From NCBI RefSeq assembly GCF_009914755.1, contig NC_060925.1: 64,000 nt of DNA; one strand, 5' to 3'. Positions 15,454 to 28,674 of the stretch are shown here, piece by piece. Numbering within the stretch: the first letter of the stretch is position 1; every line of letters starts with the position of its first letter. This stretch comes from the human T2T-CHM13v2.0 reference genome, Homo sapiens. The notes beneath the pieces were generated by a model, which saw only the letters and a program-made list of their open reading frames with translations, had not been told where the DNA came from and did no database searches. The translations under genes were made by a program, and so were the position numbers.

Positions 15454-16230
15454 TATTGCGGGATCTGGCCAGCAGCCCGCAATGCAACGGGGCTTTCTCT
15501 TTGTTCCCAGGCAGATCGGCAGGTTGAGAAATAATAGACACACACAAGATAGTGAAAGCTGGGTCCAGGGGGGTCACCGCCTTCTGGTCCTGTGGTGCCA
15601 ACAATACACTGGATATACCAGCATTTATTATTAAGTTTAGTGAGGGCGGGGGTAGGTTAGTGAGGGATTTAGGGTTATTTGATTATGAGGTGAGATGGTC
15701 ACATGGGGATGAAGTAATTCTTTAACATAACATTTGTATGTAGAAGTACAGTACATTTGTATGCAGAAGTACAGTATACAGAGATAAGAATTTACAACAT
15801 AGTGTGTGCATCAGTAATTTCTAACAGAGCCTTAAAACAGAAACACAGTCTTTCCATAACCTATGATTAGCAAGATATTAGTCAGCAGTAACAATTGCCA
15901 CAAAAGCTGGTTACAAACAACCCATGGAAACAGGATGTGAAGCTAGACAACTGGTTAGACCAGAAATTCTCAGAAGGGAGTATGCCTTAACCCTAAAGAG
16001 GCCTAGAAGAGCCATGGCAAGATGAGGGCGTTTATAGCCCTGTCTTATCCATATGGACAGCTGCCTCCCATGCGTTCGTTTATAGGCTCTCCACAAGGGT
16101 TGCATTCCATTCCCAGAGCTATGAACATCTGCTTTCCTGGGATAGGAATCTTGGTGATGTGAAACTTTCCTGACTGCACGTCCATTCATAGGCTCTCTGC
16201 AGGGGGAAGCACATCAGGGGTCTCCCTACA
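15454..16230 (-). mobile_element. Solo ERVK LTR, MER11D-like (HML-7)
   Basis: The minus strand starts TGTAGGGAGACCCC; exact 6-bp TSD GTTGGG (15448-15453 and 16231-16236), typical of betaretroviral integration. Confidence 0.8.
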
Positions 16231-16269
16231 GTTGGGCAGTTTGCTTTGCTACTGGTTCTCTGGAAAAAT

Positions 16270-16910
16270 ATTTATTTTTTTAAAAAAATTTTGTGAGTAT
16301 ATAGTTAGGTGTATATATTTACGGGGTATGTGAGATATTTTGGTACAGGCATACAATGCATAATAATTACATCATGCAAAATTGGATATCTACCCCCCTC
16401 AAGCATTTATCCTTTGTGTTACAAACAATCCAATTACATTATTTTAGTTATTTTTAAATGTGCAATTAAATCATAATCAACTGTAGTCCCCCTGTTATGC
16501 TATCAAATACTAGGTATTATTTATTCTTTCTAACTGAAAAAAAATCTTAAAATGTATTTTCTTTCTTTTCTTTTTTTCTTTTTTTTTTTTAGAGACTACA
16601 GACAAGGTCTTACCTGTCACCCAAGCTGGTGCAGCATTGTGATCATAGCTCACTGCAGCCTCCAGCTCCTGGGCTCTAGTGAGCGTCCCACCTGAGCCTC
16701 CCAAAATGCTGGGATTGCATGTGCACACCACCACGCCCAGCCTGTATTTTTTTTAAATCACTTTGTTGAGGTATTATTGATATTAAAAAGCTGTAGATAT
16801 TTAATGCATACAACTTAATGTGTTTGGAGAAAAGTGTACACCTGTGAAACCATTATCACATCAACTCAATAAACTTAGCCTTCACCTCCAAAAGTTTCCA
16901 CCTGCCCCCT
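16270..16910 (-). mobile_element. L1MA/MB 3' end fragments with an Alu monomer at 16560-16742
   Basis: ctcaagcatttatcctttgtgttacaaacaatccaattac is typical of L1MA 3' ends. Confidence 0.7.
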
Positions 16911-18829
16911 TTGTTTTATTGAAAGTTTATTTTCATTTGGATAATAATGTGTATTTAAAAACAGAGTTTTCTAGATAACGTGCTTGATTACTTTCTGAGA
17001 AATGCATTGGGATTTTCATGCTGCATTTTGCATTTATGTTAAAGTTCATTGACATCGAGTTGTACAGTAACTGAGATAATGGGAGAGAACATAAGCTGAC
17101 TTCCTCTGGAACAGGGTGTGGAGTAGAGGCCAAGTGTTGCAGGGCTCTCAAAGAACAAAGGCCTTGCACCACTTCATCTTTAAATAAAGAAAAGTAAAGT
17201 AATATTTCAGCCACAAACTGACTGTCAAACCCCAAAAGAACCTGAACCACAGCAAGGCATTCCAGACTTGTTTCGTAAGCCAAGTTTAGTTGCAACAAAC
17301 CCACATTCTCCATGAAATCAAACTTATCTGAGTTTGAAGTTTATTAGATATGTAGTTTATTTCTATTTAGTATGTCATTTTCTTGGTTTTATAAGAGCTA
17401 CAAGCATAACGGACATATGCTTACTTTAAGGTTTGTATGAATTTAACATAAGAAGATAGTTCTCTTATACACTGGGGAACCACAAGAATTTTTCACTATA
17501 AAAACTGATCATTACTCACATTTGACAATATTTTTATTAAAGTACAATAGCCTTATTGTCTTTTTAGGAACAAAATATGCATGTTATAAAAAGTTAACTC
17601 TAAAAAATGTAAAGAGTAAATTTAACAGAGGTTACCTCAATCCCACCACTGCAAAAATAAACATTGTTAACAATGGTGACATGGCTTCAAATATCTACCT
17701 ACATGCATGCAGATGGAAGGAGAGATAAAAAATAATTTTAGATATGGGGATATAGCAGATGCATCTATTTAAGATAAAAGTATCAGCTTTGATTTTTATA
17801 TAAACTAAGCACCTATAGTGAAACTAAGGGAATTGCCTTTCTTTAAATAAATGTTTGCAGCAGAAAATATTAGTATCTGAAGAAGCATTTTTTAAACTTA
17901 AAAACCTCAGCTATTTTTATTATTATAAGTAATACATGTTTCAACTTTAGAGAGTATCTATTACCTCCTTACTTCAAAGTTAGAAAATTCATGCATTTAT
18001 ACTTTATTCTGTTTTCTCCCCCTTCATATTTCCAATGTAATTCTAATCTTTTTTTATATTGTCATGGTTTAAAACATTTACATTCCATTCCACTGCCATA
18101 AATCTCAGTTACTCAGCCTTAGCTCTATAATTAATTAGCCACCAATAATTTTAGTGCCTTTTTACTCTATTACATATAAAATTATTATTCAGACTTCTTT
18201 CTTTCAGAAGCTTGTAAATATTGCTTCACTGTCTTCTGACATTGAGCATTGCTGTTAAGAAGTCTGAGACTGACAAGATACTTATTCCCAGGTATTTGTC
18301 TTTATTTTTCCTATGTACCCAATAGATTCTTTACCCATAGAGTTCAGAAACCAAGATAGCATATGTCTTAGTGTTTATCATTTTGAATGAATTTTTCCAG
18401 GAACGCATGTGTCTTTTCAATGAGCAGATGCAGGTTCAATGAAATTTTCTTATATTTTATCTCTGAATTTTTTTTCTGTTCTATATGTTCTATTCTCTTC
18501 TTCAGGAACAAAAATTACACATTTGTTCCTTTATGTCTTCAATTTTTATCATTTTCTCTTTAACCACTTAAATATAATTGCTATTTTCCTTGTTTTGTTG
18601 TGATTTCCTCAAGCCAATTCACCATGCCACACGATTTTCTTAGTAATATTATTTCTCCCTTTAATTATTTCTACTCTCTCATTTCAATGCTAATTTCTTT
18701 CTTTTTCTTTCTACAATTCTGCCAGATCCCCTTATTATTTCGTCTCTGAGCTCTTTTTGGGAGAGGGGCATGGAGTGGATATCACGTTATCTGTAATTTA
18801 TTTGAATAAATGGAGAACAATTTTTCTGA

Positions 18830-19298
<469 letters not shown>

Positions 19299-21189
19299 AC
19301 ATCCTTCTAGATTATCAGATTCTAGACCTGTTCATTGTCTTAATTCTATCTTCTGAAGTTTTTGGAAGCAATAATAGTTTTAAATAAGATATGATCAATC
19401 AATCATGTATTTACTATTGACTATGAATTTACTATGACATAATACTCTATTCTAGAACCTTAAAAAGGTTTAAAGTCAAAGTCATTACTCCCAAATCCAG
19501 GATTCCACCTGCAGATTTCTTTTTGCTCCACCTTGTCCCTAAAATTTCCTCTCCAGCTGTCTTCATGGGGTCCTTGGGCTGCAGGGCAGGGCCTTGAGGT
19601 TGCTCATAAACTTCTACTTTCATAACCTGCTTATATGTCTGTACTGTCTGTTCCTTGGTTCCAAGATAGCCTGAAATGACTGTCCTCAAGTAGGATACAT
19701 ATCTGATCCACTATTATTGTGCATACTCTTTTGTTTCATATTCACTTACTTTTGTAAAAGTTCTCAGTGACTTTAGAGACTGATTCTTGACTTAGGGAAG
19801 TACACGATCCAGATATAAACAGAACAAGATAATGCTGGAGCTGGAAGGGATTGTTTATTCCAGGGTTGTCAACTGGCCCCGTGGGCAAAGGTCAACAGAC
19901 CTGCTTTGTTTGGCTCTCATATGGTTGAAAGAAATTGATTTCCGAGCTCATTTCCCAGTTCAAATTGCCCTACAAGAGACCACTCCACTTATTCACATCT
20001 AACTAAACCCTATAAGCGTTGGGATTTAGTTTAAGGCCCCCATTTTATAGATAAACTGTGGTTTGGAAGAGAGACATATATTCGCGATCACAAAGATTTA
20101 AAATGGAGACAATAACATTTGCTAAGCATTTATGGCAGGCCCCATTCCAAATGCATCACATATCTTAACTAATTTAATCCTCAAATCCCGGAGAAAAGAA
20201 AACAAAGGCTCTGACACTGTAGGCTAAATGTCACCCAGCCAATTTGAGGCAGAGACAGCCAGTTCTAGTGTGGCTTAACTCTTAACCCTTTGCTCTTCCC
20301 ACCATAATAAACTGCCATGAGCCGTGGCTGGAGTCATATAAACGGGCACATCTCAGGAAACAACATTTACCTGAATTTTCTCTTGCATCAGATGCTTCTC
20401 TAGTCTCAGTTGAGACTCCTGGTTCTAAATTATTGCAGTAAGGCCTTAGGATAAAATTTCCCAAAGCGTGGTCCTTGGTCCCCTGGGTTGAGAACCACTC
20501 TGCCCTACTGCCCTTTCATGTACAGTGGGCCACAGAATAAGACTGTCTAGTTTGTGCACTGCACAAAGGCACACAACTAAGAGGACAAGAAAGGGCTAAA
20601 TTCCAGCCTGTCTTGATTCTGAGAGACCGTGGGGCTATGTTTTCTTACAAAGAAGGGGCATCTTTTTTTTTTCAATTTCTACAAAGCCACCACATGGGTG
20701 AGAAGTGGTTCTGTCCTTCAGGTGAAGCTGCGTAAATTCCTGGGCTCTAGAGGAGTTACAGGTGATGACTTAGCTAAGTTAATCATCACATTCCATCCTC
20801 CTCGCTACCTTAATCTGTTGGAGAATGAGCACATAACTCATGTAGGGCCTTTCCTGGCCAATGGGGCTTAACTTGGAGGCTCCTGTTTAAGGGTTGTGGA
20901 TCTCTTTCCTGGTAGAGGTGAGGCTGGACCTGCTTCAGCCACCTTGCATTAGACGGGGCCAGAAAATGAAGCTAATCCCCAGCAAAAAATAGCCACAAAA
21001 TAGAGGAAACTCCCGTCTGGTAACTTTGTTGAGCTGTTGGTCAAGTTATACCTGAAGCTCAAATATACTTATGGAGTGTGGAGTGACACAAACCTATACA
21101 TTTTTTTTAATGGTGAAACAGTCTGGCTGTCAGTTGTGACCAAAGGAGGAGGGGAAGCATAGCACCTATTCCATACACACTCCAACACA

Positions 21190-21427
21190 TCCCTGTTCCC
21201 TGTGCCCCTTGCTGGCTTTATGTTTTCACCACAGCTCTTGTCATCCTCTCATACTATGTCCTTTACTTATTTAGTTTGTTGTTTGTCTACATCCTCTCCC
21301 CATCCGTGATGAAATGGATACTCTATGATTGCAAGGAATTTTATCTATTTTGCTCACTGATGGATTCTCAGCTTCTAAAATGAGTTCTTGGCGCACAGCA
21401 TGCATTCAATAAAGATATGTTGAATGA
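21190..21427 (+). mobile_element. L2 3' end
   Basis: tggcgcacagcatgcattcaataaagatatgttgaatga. Confidence 0.65.
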
Positions 21428-21847
21428 TATATCCACTCAGTGAATTATTGAGGATTATTAAAGTTTTACATACATAAATGAAAATCATGACAGTTCTAGA
21501 ATTAACTCCGTACTATCCCAGGCTTCCAATAAGATGGGTGACTGCTTATCCATGCCTTTCCCAGCGTATGTGCACATGCAGACTGTCAGCATTTCAGCAA
21601 TTTCAGGGAGGGAGCCTTGTTATTATTACATTGCCAAGATGGTCTTAAGTTGGTGATCCTTTTCAATTGGAACTATTTTTAAATATATTGTATATATTTT
21701 TATATATTGTAAATATTTATAGAATGACTTGACTTTATTTTGTCTCAGTAGATTTGCTATCTGTAATTTTTTTGATTTTTATTTTGTTCATCTCTACTTC
21801 TTTGCTATCATGAGGTATTTTTCCTCTTGAAAAAGCAAATAAATTAG

Positions 21848-22258
<411 letters not shown>

Positions 22259-23334
22259 CAATTTATCTTTTATCTCTATCATGCAGTCTGATAATTTTGT
22301 TTGTTTCTCTGACAGTGACTTGCCCAGAACCCTCTTAGGAGTTGGTGGTTGCAGTTTTGCTGAAGCTAACTATATGCTTTGAAAGAATGAGCCTTTTCCA
22401 TTTGCCTGTCACCTTATCTGAAATATCACTATTAGGAGACTTACCTTTTCGGTTATCCAGCCTTTTTATACTTGAGAGGAGCAATACATTATTTCTAGTG
22501 TTTTCCTCTTTGACAACCAAAAGAATGACAAGGGCGTGATGAAGGAAGGAAGAAGAAAGGAAGGGAGAGTAGAAGGAGAACTGGTTAGGGCAGAGGCTCC
22601 ATGACTTCCTTTTCCCCCTTCTTTTTACTCTTCTTTCAGCCAGCACTCAATAGCTGCTAAGATGAGAGGGAATGTTCTCAGACTAGGGAATATGACTTGG
22701 TGTGTTTGCCGGTTGGCAGCACATCATGGATGAAGCAAGTGGTGATCTACACAGCCTGAACTGCATGGCCAACCCACATGGCCTCTCTTGTATGGTGGCA
22801 TTTCCCTCTAAGGAATGCGAATGTGATCATACCACAGCCATATGCTATAATCATTGAGTCCATATTTGCTTCTGTTTACATGACCACTCAGATTCGTGAC
22901 CTGGGGAGTCATATATCTGTTTGCAGGCAAAATCACATCCTTATTATTGAAGTAACCACCTCATAAGCCATTGCAAACCTCACAGGGCAAAGAGAGTCAC
23001 ACAAGGCCACACATGTTGTCAGTGGCAGTGGGGGAGAAGAGTGTCCAGGGTCCAGGTCAGCTCCACCATACCTGCTGTGACTGTCATCCCCCTCATAAGC
23101 TGAGAAGCACTTACAACTAAATAGCACCCACTCGCCCAACCTTGCTCAGAAGTTGGCAGGCATGTCACCTGCATCTCTCCTCTCCTTGAACCAGTGCTGT
23201 TGCTGGGGTGGAGGAGGCAGAGACTCAGATGAAGGAGACGAAGAAGCACTTGGGTGTATTTCTTGGTCTTATTTCACTTTTCCACATTCACCATTACTGA
23301 ACTGGAACACAGCAACCTCTTATGTACACAATGG

Positions 23335-23340
23335 TTTATT
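23335..23340 (-). terminator. REG4: REG4 polyadenylation signal AATAAA (3'UTR about 0.5 kb)
   Basis: tttatt on the + strand ~510 nt downstream of the stop codon, followed on the minus strand by GT-rich sequence (gttgctgtgtt). Confidence 0.8.
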
Positions 23341-23850
23341 AAAGGAATGTATGGCCCACATCAACCTAGCAAGGATTCTACTGGTAAACCTTCCTATGGC
23401 CAAAGGAAAAACAAGCAGGAGTTGAGTGGCTGGGGTGGGGTGCAGGCAATGGAGAGAGGGCAGAAGGGTGTAGAAGCTGAAGGGGTCTAGAAGCTTACTC
23501 CTGAGTTTCTTCCTTCTGTCTTCAAATCTTTACTTCTTATGGCCAAAGACCCAGCTGTTTCATAGGCTGGAGATGCACTCTTCTAGACTGCTCGAGACAG
23601 CCAGAGACAGGGGAGGAGGGAAGAAGGATACTGTGGAAAGGGATGGCGGGGCAAACATTTAGAGCTAGAAGCCACTACTGGGCCAATGCTAAAGTTTCTG
23701 TCTCTAAGCCTAAAAAAGCCAGTGTAGTAGGGCCCTTATCACTCTTAGTTTGCTAGGTTTCCCCTCTGAAATAATGAGCAGATTTAGCCAGGCTAGCAGA
23801 AAGGAAGAGGACGGGGCTGTGCAGGAGTTAGCAGAATCTTGATTCTTGCT

Positions 23851-23918
23851 CTATGGTCGGTACTTGCACAGGAAGTGTTGGCGCTTGTTGCATTCGTTGC
23901 TGCTCCAAGTTAAAAAGT
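23851..23918 (-). CDS. REG4: REG4 last coding exon, coding part ([21 protein letters not shown])
   Basis: Acceptor ttcttacag; stop TAG at 23853-23851. Confidence 0.97.
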
Positions 23919-26900
23919 CTGTAAGAAAATAAACAGATATTTAAATCCATTCAGTACTATACTGAGCTTGCCAGAGTTATCTGGGTGTTTTTCTTGGAAG
24001 CATAGATAAGGCAATATGATGGTTGACTTTATGTGTCAACTTAGCTAGACTATGATGTACAGTTGTTTGATTGCTGCGAAGGTGTTTTTTAGCTGTGATT
24101 AACGTTTAACAATCAGTAGACTTTGAGTAAAGCAGATGGCCCTCCATCATGTGTGTGGGCCTCCTCCAATCAATTGAAGGCCTTAAGAGAAAAGACCTGT
24201 CTCCCAAAGAGGAAGAAATTCTGCCTCCAGACCGTCTTTGGACTCAAGACAACAACATTAAGTCCTGCAAGAATTTCCAGGCTGCTGGCCTGTCCTGCGG
24301 TTTTGAGACTTCACAGCCCCCACAATTGCATGAGCCAATTCCTCAAAGTAAATCTCTGTCTCTCTATATATACATCCAACTACTTCTGTTTCCCTGGAGA
24401 ACCGTAATACAGATACCAACTTTCCCAATGAAAGAAAAACACTTTAAATGTCACACACCATGGCAAAAGCTCCACTCCAGCACTGCTTTTGAGGAAAGGC
24501 AGGGGTTGACATGAATCAACTGAGAATGAGGGGCTCTTGTGTTGAGGCAGGATGCAGTGAGGATCTGAGTGTGGCCTGTCCTCAAGCCCACAGCTGAGGC
24601 TCTAAGAAGCTCCTGTTCAAAGTTCAAAGAACTGAAAGCTGCTAAAGCCATTCACATCCCAACAGGCCATCTGCTTATGAAAAAGGAGAGAGCCCAAGGC
24701 GGAGGTGGCCTTTTGAAGGACTGAAGTATTTTTGAGGTGAGATCCAACTATTTCCCTCCCAGAAGCCAAGCTCCACAGCATCACTTGTCTTCCATGGGTG
24801 TCTGCAGCAGAGCGAGGAGTTGTTCCCTGGCTAGGTGTCTGCTTGGGCCCTGACCTGCAGATCTGGCCCTGTTCCCAGTGCGTGTGGGTGGGTGAGAACC
24901 CTGGGGAGAGGAGGGGGTGAGGTGTGCCCCTCCCACTCCTGGTTCTCAGGAGCCACAGAGGATGGGGCCTGCCCATGCCTGCATCCATAGTGCTCAGCGC
25001 AGGAGCCACAGAGTATAAATGAAACAGGGCCTGCAAGCTTGTGGGTACTTTCACAGTGTGGGGCAAAGAGAATACGGCACAAGGCCATGGGCCAGGCTTG
25101 AGACTGACTGTCTCATCAGCAGGTCCTTTTGAGGTTGCTGCCCATTGAGCCTGTGGATAAGCTAGAATAGCAGCTTCAAACAATCAAGCACAGCCCAGCT
25201 CACTATAGGCACTAAGCAAGAGGTCTGCTTTTCCCACCTCATCAGAGGCGGAGTGCAGGGAAGGGTGACTGAGAAACCTTACTTTCCCTTTTCTCCAGGC
25301 CACGGAGCCATTAGCCTAGCTTGCACGTGATAAGCATGCCACATGTATTCAGATGATTAGGGCGATTATTTCCTCCTTTTTATAAGGAGGCATTTGAGGC
25401 ACAGAGAAGTCAGAGATCTGCACAGGGTCACACAGCTCAGCTAGGAGGAGCTGGAATTCTACCCTGGGCATTCAGAATGCAGAACCCATGCTCTTGACCT
25501 CAACGTATACTGAATATGAAATTTCTTTTCCAACTGCAAAACCCAAGTTATCATTATTAAATGTCTCAAAGTGGACCAGCAAAACATCAGGAAACATTGC
25601 AAGCTGCAATTTTCCAGAGTCACAAAACACATTTTGATGTAAAGGGGAGAGTCAGAAAGGGTGAGAGAGGGACACACAAAATAAAATGCTCTGGAATTCT
25701 TTCTAAAGAGTTATAAAAAAGGAACAGCCCTGTCACAAAGAGAGAACAAGAATGTGTGTGTGGCTGTATATTGGGGCATTAATATACATTTTGAATTAAA
25801 AAAAATAGAAACTGAGTGGGGAGCAAAATCCATTGTACTGATGTGGCTGAGGGGGATGGGCTTTTAAATTCTACCTTCCACCAGTTTCTCTCAAATCCTT
25901 GCTTCATTCCTTGTGCTTTTCTGCCTTGAGAGCCTGTGTTCTGACAGCCACGAGCTGGGTAAGTAACCATGGGAAAGGAAAGGAACCCAAAGACGTGCTG
26001 TTCTCAGAGAGCTTCAGGCTTCTGGTTCCCATCCACACAACAGAGGCAACTTCGCTACTGAATTTTGCTGATGTGATCATAGACTCACAGGGAAAGGACT
26101 TTCGTTTGAGGACTTTGTCCAATGGGAATGTCAGAATCTGGGGAATGTGAGGGACTTAGGGAGGCATCTGGTCTACTGCTCCCAAAGCAGGTCTGGCCTC
26201 CAGTCCCAGAAATTCTGATGCTGCAGGTCTGAAAACGAATCCCTGATATTGGTATTTTTACAATGTTCCTCATTTGATTCTTTTGTGCCATGGAGCCTCG
26301 CTTCTAACACTTAATGCGTCAACTGCAATAACAACTACAATGTCCACCTTTTGCTTGGTTAACTCTGGTTATAAGGTTTCTCACTACTTCCTGGGGTAGC
26401 TCATTATGTGTTTGAGCAGTGCTAACTGTTTAAAATTTTTTCCTTGATTGGAGTAAAAATCCACTTGTTGATAGCCTCTACCTATTGGTTTTGGTTGTGT
26501 TTTTTCCATTTGAGCCAACTTCTGCCTTGAACAGCAGCAGCTGTGCTCTCACTGGTCTGTGAAAATCCCCTCTATGGCTGTTTATCTCTGAGGGCTTTCC
26601 TCAGAGTGTGTCTCCTCATGCCTGCCCTTTGCCTCATGCTGTTAGAAAGTTTTCTCACTCTCTCTTTCCTTCTTATAAGTTTATTCCTCTGACAACAGTA
26701 AACTGCCCCCATGTCCTGCTGGGGATGACCAAGTCCCTCCCTACCCCAGCCCAATAGCTGAGACCTCAGCCCAGGCCTGCTCCAGGCCGACTTCTTGGCT
26801 GGCAGGGGGTCCTGGTGTCACTATGATGGCCTATTAGACCCACTGGGATATTCTCAAGTATACGACCTTTGGCACTGAGTATTCTTTAATATTCTGTGAT

Positions 26901-28639
26901 CTTGTACAGCTGAAGTTTTCTACACCGCTTATTAATCATGGTTCTCACCAGGGGGTGAATTTGCCCCCCACAGGAAACACTTGGCTATGCCTGGAGATAT
27001 TTTTGATTGTCACGACCTGGGAGGAGGAGTGCTACTGGCACCTACTGATTAGAGACCAGGGATGCCGCTCAACCTCCTGCAATGTACAGGATAGCCCCCA
27101 CAACCAAGAAGTATCCAGCCCAAGATGTCACCAGTATGAATGCTGAAAAGTCTAACTCATGAGCATAAAGACAAAGAATGAAAGCAGGCCAGAGAAAGGA
27201 GAAGGCTCACGCGAGTGTGTGCAGCCTGCGCTGAGCTTCAGGCCACCACATTCTGGGGACAGGATTCAGGGAAACAGACAGAAGGGAAGAACTCAGGCAA
27301 AGACCGGCCTTCCAGGGCTCATGGCAAACCCTCATTTTAAAGAAGTCAGAAGAGATTTATCTGTTTTCACCACATATATTTACTCCCTGTGGTCTGGGCT
27401 TCCCAAAATGGGATATATATCCCTCTCATGGTATAGAATGTGATTTTAAAATAAGTGTATTTCAGAAAAAAAATGAATGGATTTAAAGAAAATATTGAGT
27501 AAATAACAGAACAGCTGGTACATTGATGTGACAAAGACTGTAAAGTGATCACAAAGGACTGAATGTTGGTAACCAATGTCTGTGGCAAGGCCACTGCCTT
27601 GCTGGAGAAAAGAGTTGTTGGTGTGGAATGAGGAGGGCAGTGGTCCCCTGTGCCTATTTTTGTGCTTACTAGGTAAAGGGAAGAGTCTGCGCATTGGGAA
27701 GTGGTGAGGGGTGGTGCATTATAACTTACTGTTATTGGAGCTCATCTCAGCACAGTGCTTGTTCCCACCCATGGACTTGCCAGACCAGGATCTGTACAGA
27801 TACATGGCCCCATCAATCCACTGCCACTGCTGCCTCTGCAACAACAGGAGATGGAGAAGTGTACAGCTCAGCAACCCACCTGCCACAGCCAAGGAAGTCC
27901 CCTCAGTCCCCTTTAAAACATGGTTTTCATTGCAAACATTGGGAAAGTACAGAAATGCTTAAAGAAGGAAAAAGAGAAAGTCATTCCACTCAACCGCTAA
28001 TAGGAAAACATTACCAATATTACTGCAAAAAATAGAAATAGATGTAAATATTTACTCCATCTGAATGACAGGGTTCTGATTGATAGCAATGTGAATACAT
28101 AAAAATGTAAAATTTCTGATAGTCAAATAAATGACATTAAAAACGAAATAATTGTATAAAATATTTGTAACAACTATGGTAAAGGATTATCTGTTTTTCT
28201 GTAACATAATATTTAAAAAGAGAAAAAGCCATAAGATGTTTATAGACAAGTACTAAAGGATGGACACATACATATTCGTGAAAGAGGTTGAACGAATGTG
28301 TGGTATCTTCAGCAGTTTTATTAAGAAGCAGGAAGTATGGGGCTTCCCGCTTTATGTTCCCTGTGTTTGTCTGAGTCAACTAAAGAAGCCCCACCAAGAA
28401 TCTGTGAACTGAAGACCCCACACCTAGACCTCATCAACCAGCTGTTCCTTACAAAAACCACTCACGTCATTTCTTACAAGAAGGTATTGATGAAAAGAAC
28501 AGGAAGTTACAGTGAAAAACATCAAGGATAACATAAAAAAAATTACAGCATCTAAAAAAAAAGGCTAGCTGAAAGTTTTCAACTTTAACTCAAGATCCAA
28601 TGGAGATTTGATTAATCTGTCTCATAATAGGCCTGTGTG

Positions 28640-28674
<35 letters not shown>

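Noticed and set aside
24617-25183. 188-aa ORF in the last REG4 intron
   Set aside because: Non-ATG start, no recognisable domain and no supporting splice structure; likely chance in GC-richer DNA.
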